Assembly: GCA_965602015.1 (NCBI GenBank)
Contig: OZ271918.1
Location: 3,296,001 to 3,360,000, forward strand
Reading direction: 5' to 3'
Origin: Salinispira sp.
GTDB lineage: Bacteria; Spirochaetota; Spirochaetia; DSM-27196; Salinispiraceae
Length of the DNA: 64,000 nt
A model generated the notes under the pieces. The model made no database searches and had not been told where the DNA came from. It was given only the letters and a program-made list of their open reading frames with translations. Of the stretch, positions 63,336 through 64,000 are shown one piece after another. Both the position numbers and the translations under genes were made by a program. Within the stretch, counting starts at the first letter, position 1, and the number at the start of each line of letters is the position of its first letter.

Positions 63336-64000
63336 ATGAAAACCTGGACCGCTGCACTGGCCGACGGATCAGCCGAATATCGGCAGTTCGTAACCCGGCG
63401 GGATGAAAACATCGGATCGTTTCTCAGCTTCGATCCGGACTACAGCCCTGATGAACCGGATAGCCAGGACTTTACCATCGCCGATTCTGACCGGGCTTCC
63501 ACCGGAGATGAGGGGGCAATGCTTGAAGGCATGCCCTTTGCGGTGAAGGACAATATCGCGGTCCGCAACATGCCGCTGACCTGCGGCTCCAAGCTTCTCG
63601 AAAATTTTTCATCTCCATACAGCGCCACGGCGGTACGCAAGCTCATTAGCGCCGGCGCCCGTCCGGTGGGCAAAACTAACCTTGATGAGTTCGGCATGGG
63701 TTCTTCCACCGATAACTCAGCGTTAAAAACCACCAGCAATCCCTGGAATCCGGCTATGGTTTCCGGCGGTTCATCCGGAGGATCCGCCGCGGCTGTGGCC
63801 GCCGGCCTGGTGCCCTTCGCCCTCGGTACGGACACCGGAGGCTCCATTCGGCAGCCGGCGGCGTTTTGCGGGGTTTACGGACTCAAGCCCAGTTACGGGG
63901 CAGTCAGCCGCTACGGCCTGGTAGCCTATGCCTCGTCGCTCGAAGTAATCGGTGTATTGAGCAAAGATCTGGATCTGACCAGAACGGTTTTCCATGCAAT
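63336..64000 (+). CDS. gatA: Asp/Glu-tRNA amidotransferase subunit A (runs off the window end; not in the ORF track)
   Basis: Manual translation: [46 protein letters not shown]. Confidence 0.93.
   Translation, partial: MKTWTAALADGSAEYRQFVTRRDENIGSFLSFDPDYSPDEPDSQDFTIADSDRASTGDEGAMLEGMPFAVKDNIAVRNMPLTCGSKLLENFSSPYSATAVRKLISAGARPVGKTNLDEFGMGSSTDNSALKTTSNPWNPAMVSGGSSGGSAAAVAAGLVPFALGTDTGGSIRQPAAFCGVYGLKPSYGAVSRYGLVAYASSLEVIGVLSKDLDLTRTVFHA

Overview
Replication-origin region of a bacterial chromosome, most likely a free-living spirochaete (Spirochaetaceae-like; inferred from the divergent dnaA/gyrB arrangement, tRNA-Arg(GCG) and gene style). The backbone is housekeeping: glycogen/maltodextrin enzymes, a MoxR-DUF58 locus, purL/purQ, lysA, ahcY, gcvT-H-PA-PB, jag-yidC-rnpA-rpmH, dciA-recF-dnaN-dnaA, gyrBA, two perfect parS sites, parAB, four tRNAs plus SRP RNA, dnaX-ybaB-recR, pth, gatC and the start of gatA. 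oriC is visible between dnaA and dnaN (DnaA boxes, GGCC, DnaA-trios, AT-rich tract), and a second DnaA-box cluster lies about 6 kb away. An ~11 kb accessory island (about 42690-53905) sits between add and trhO. It holds three orphan Rhs toxin-tip/immunity modules, two copies of a GxxExxY nuclease-fold gene embedded in conserved structured non-coding DNA, three toxin-antitoxin pairs, an IS256 and one canonical integron attC. It also has two attC-shaped hairpins with a non-canonical TAAG/CTTA core that fall exactly at the conserved/variable boundary of the Rhs modules. This repeated unit (Rhs cassette, GxxExxY gene, hairpin) is the best candidate for an undescribed cassette-shuffling system. An orphan sRNA candidate lies at about 20983-21089. 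All calls come from reading the sequence by eye; no searches were run.
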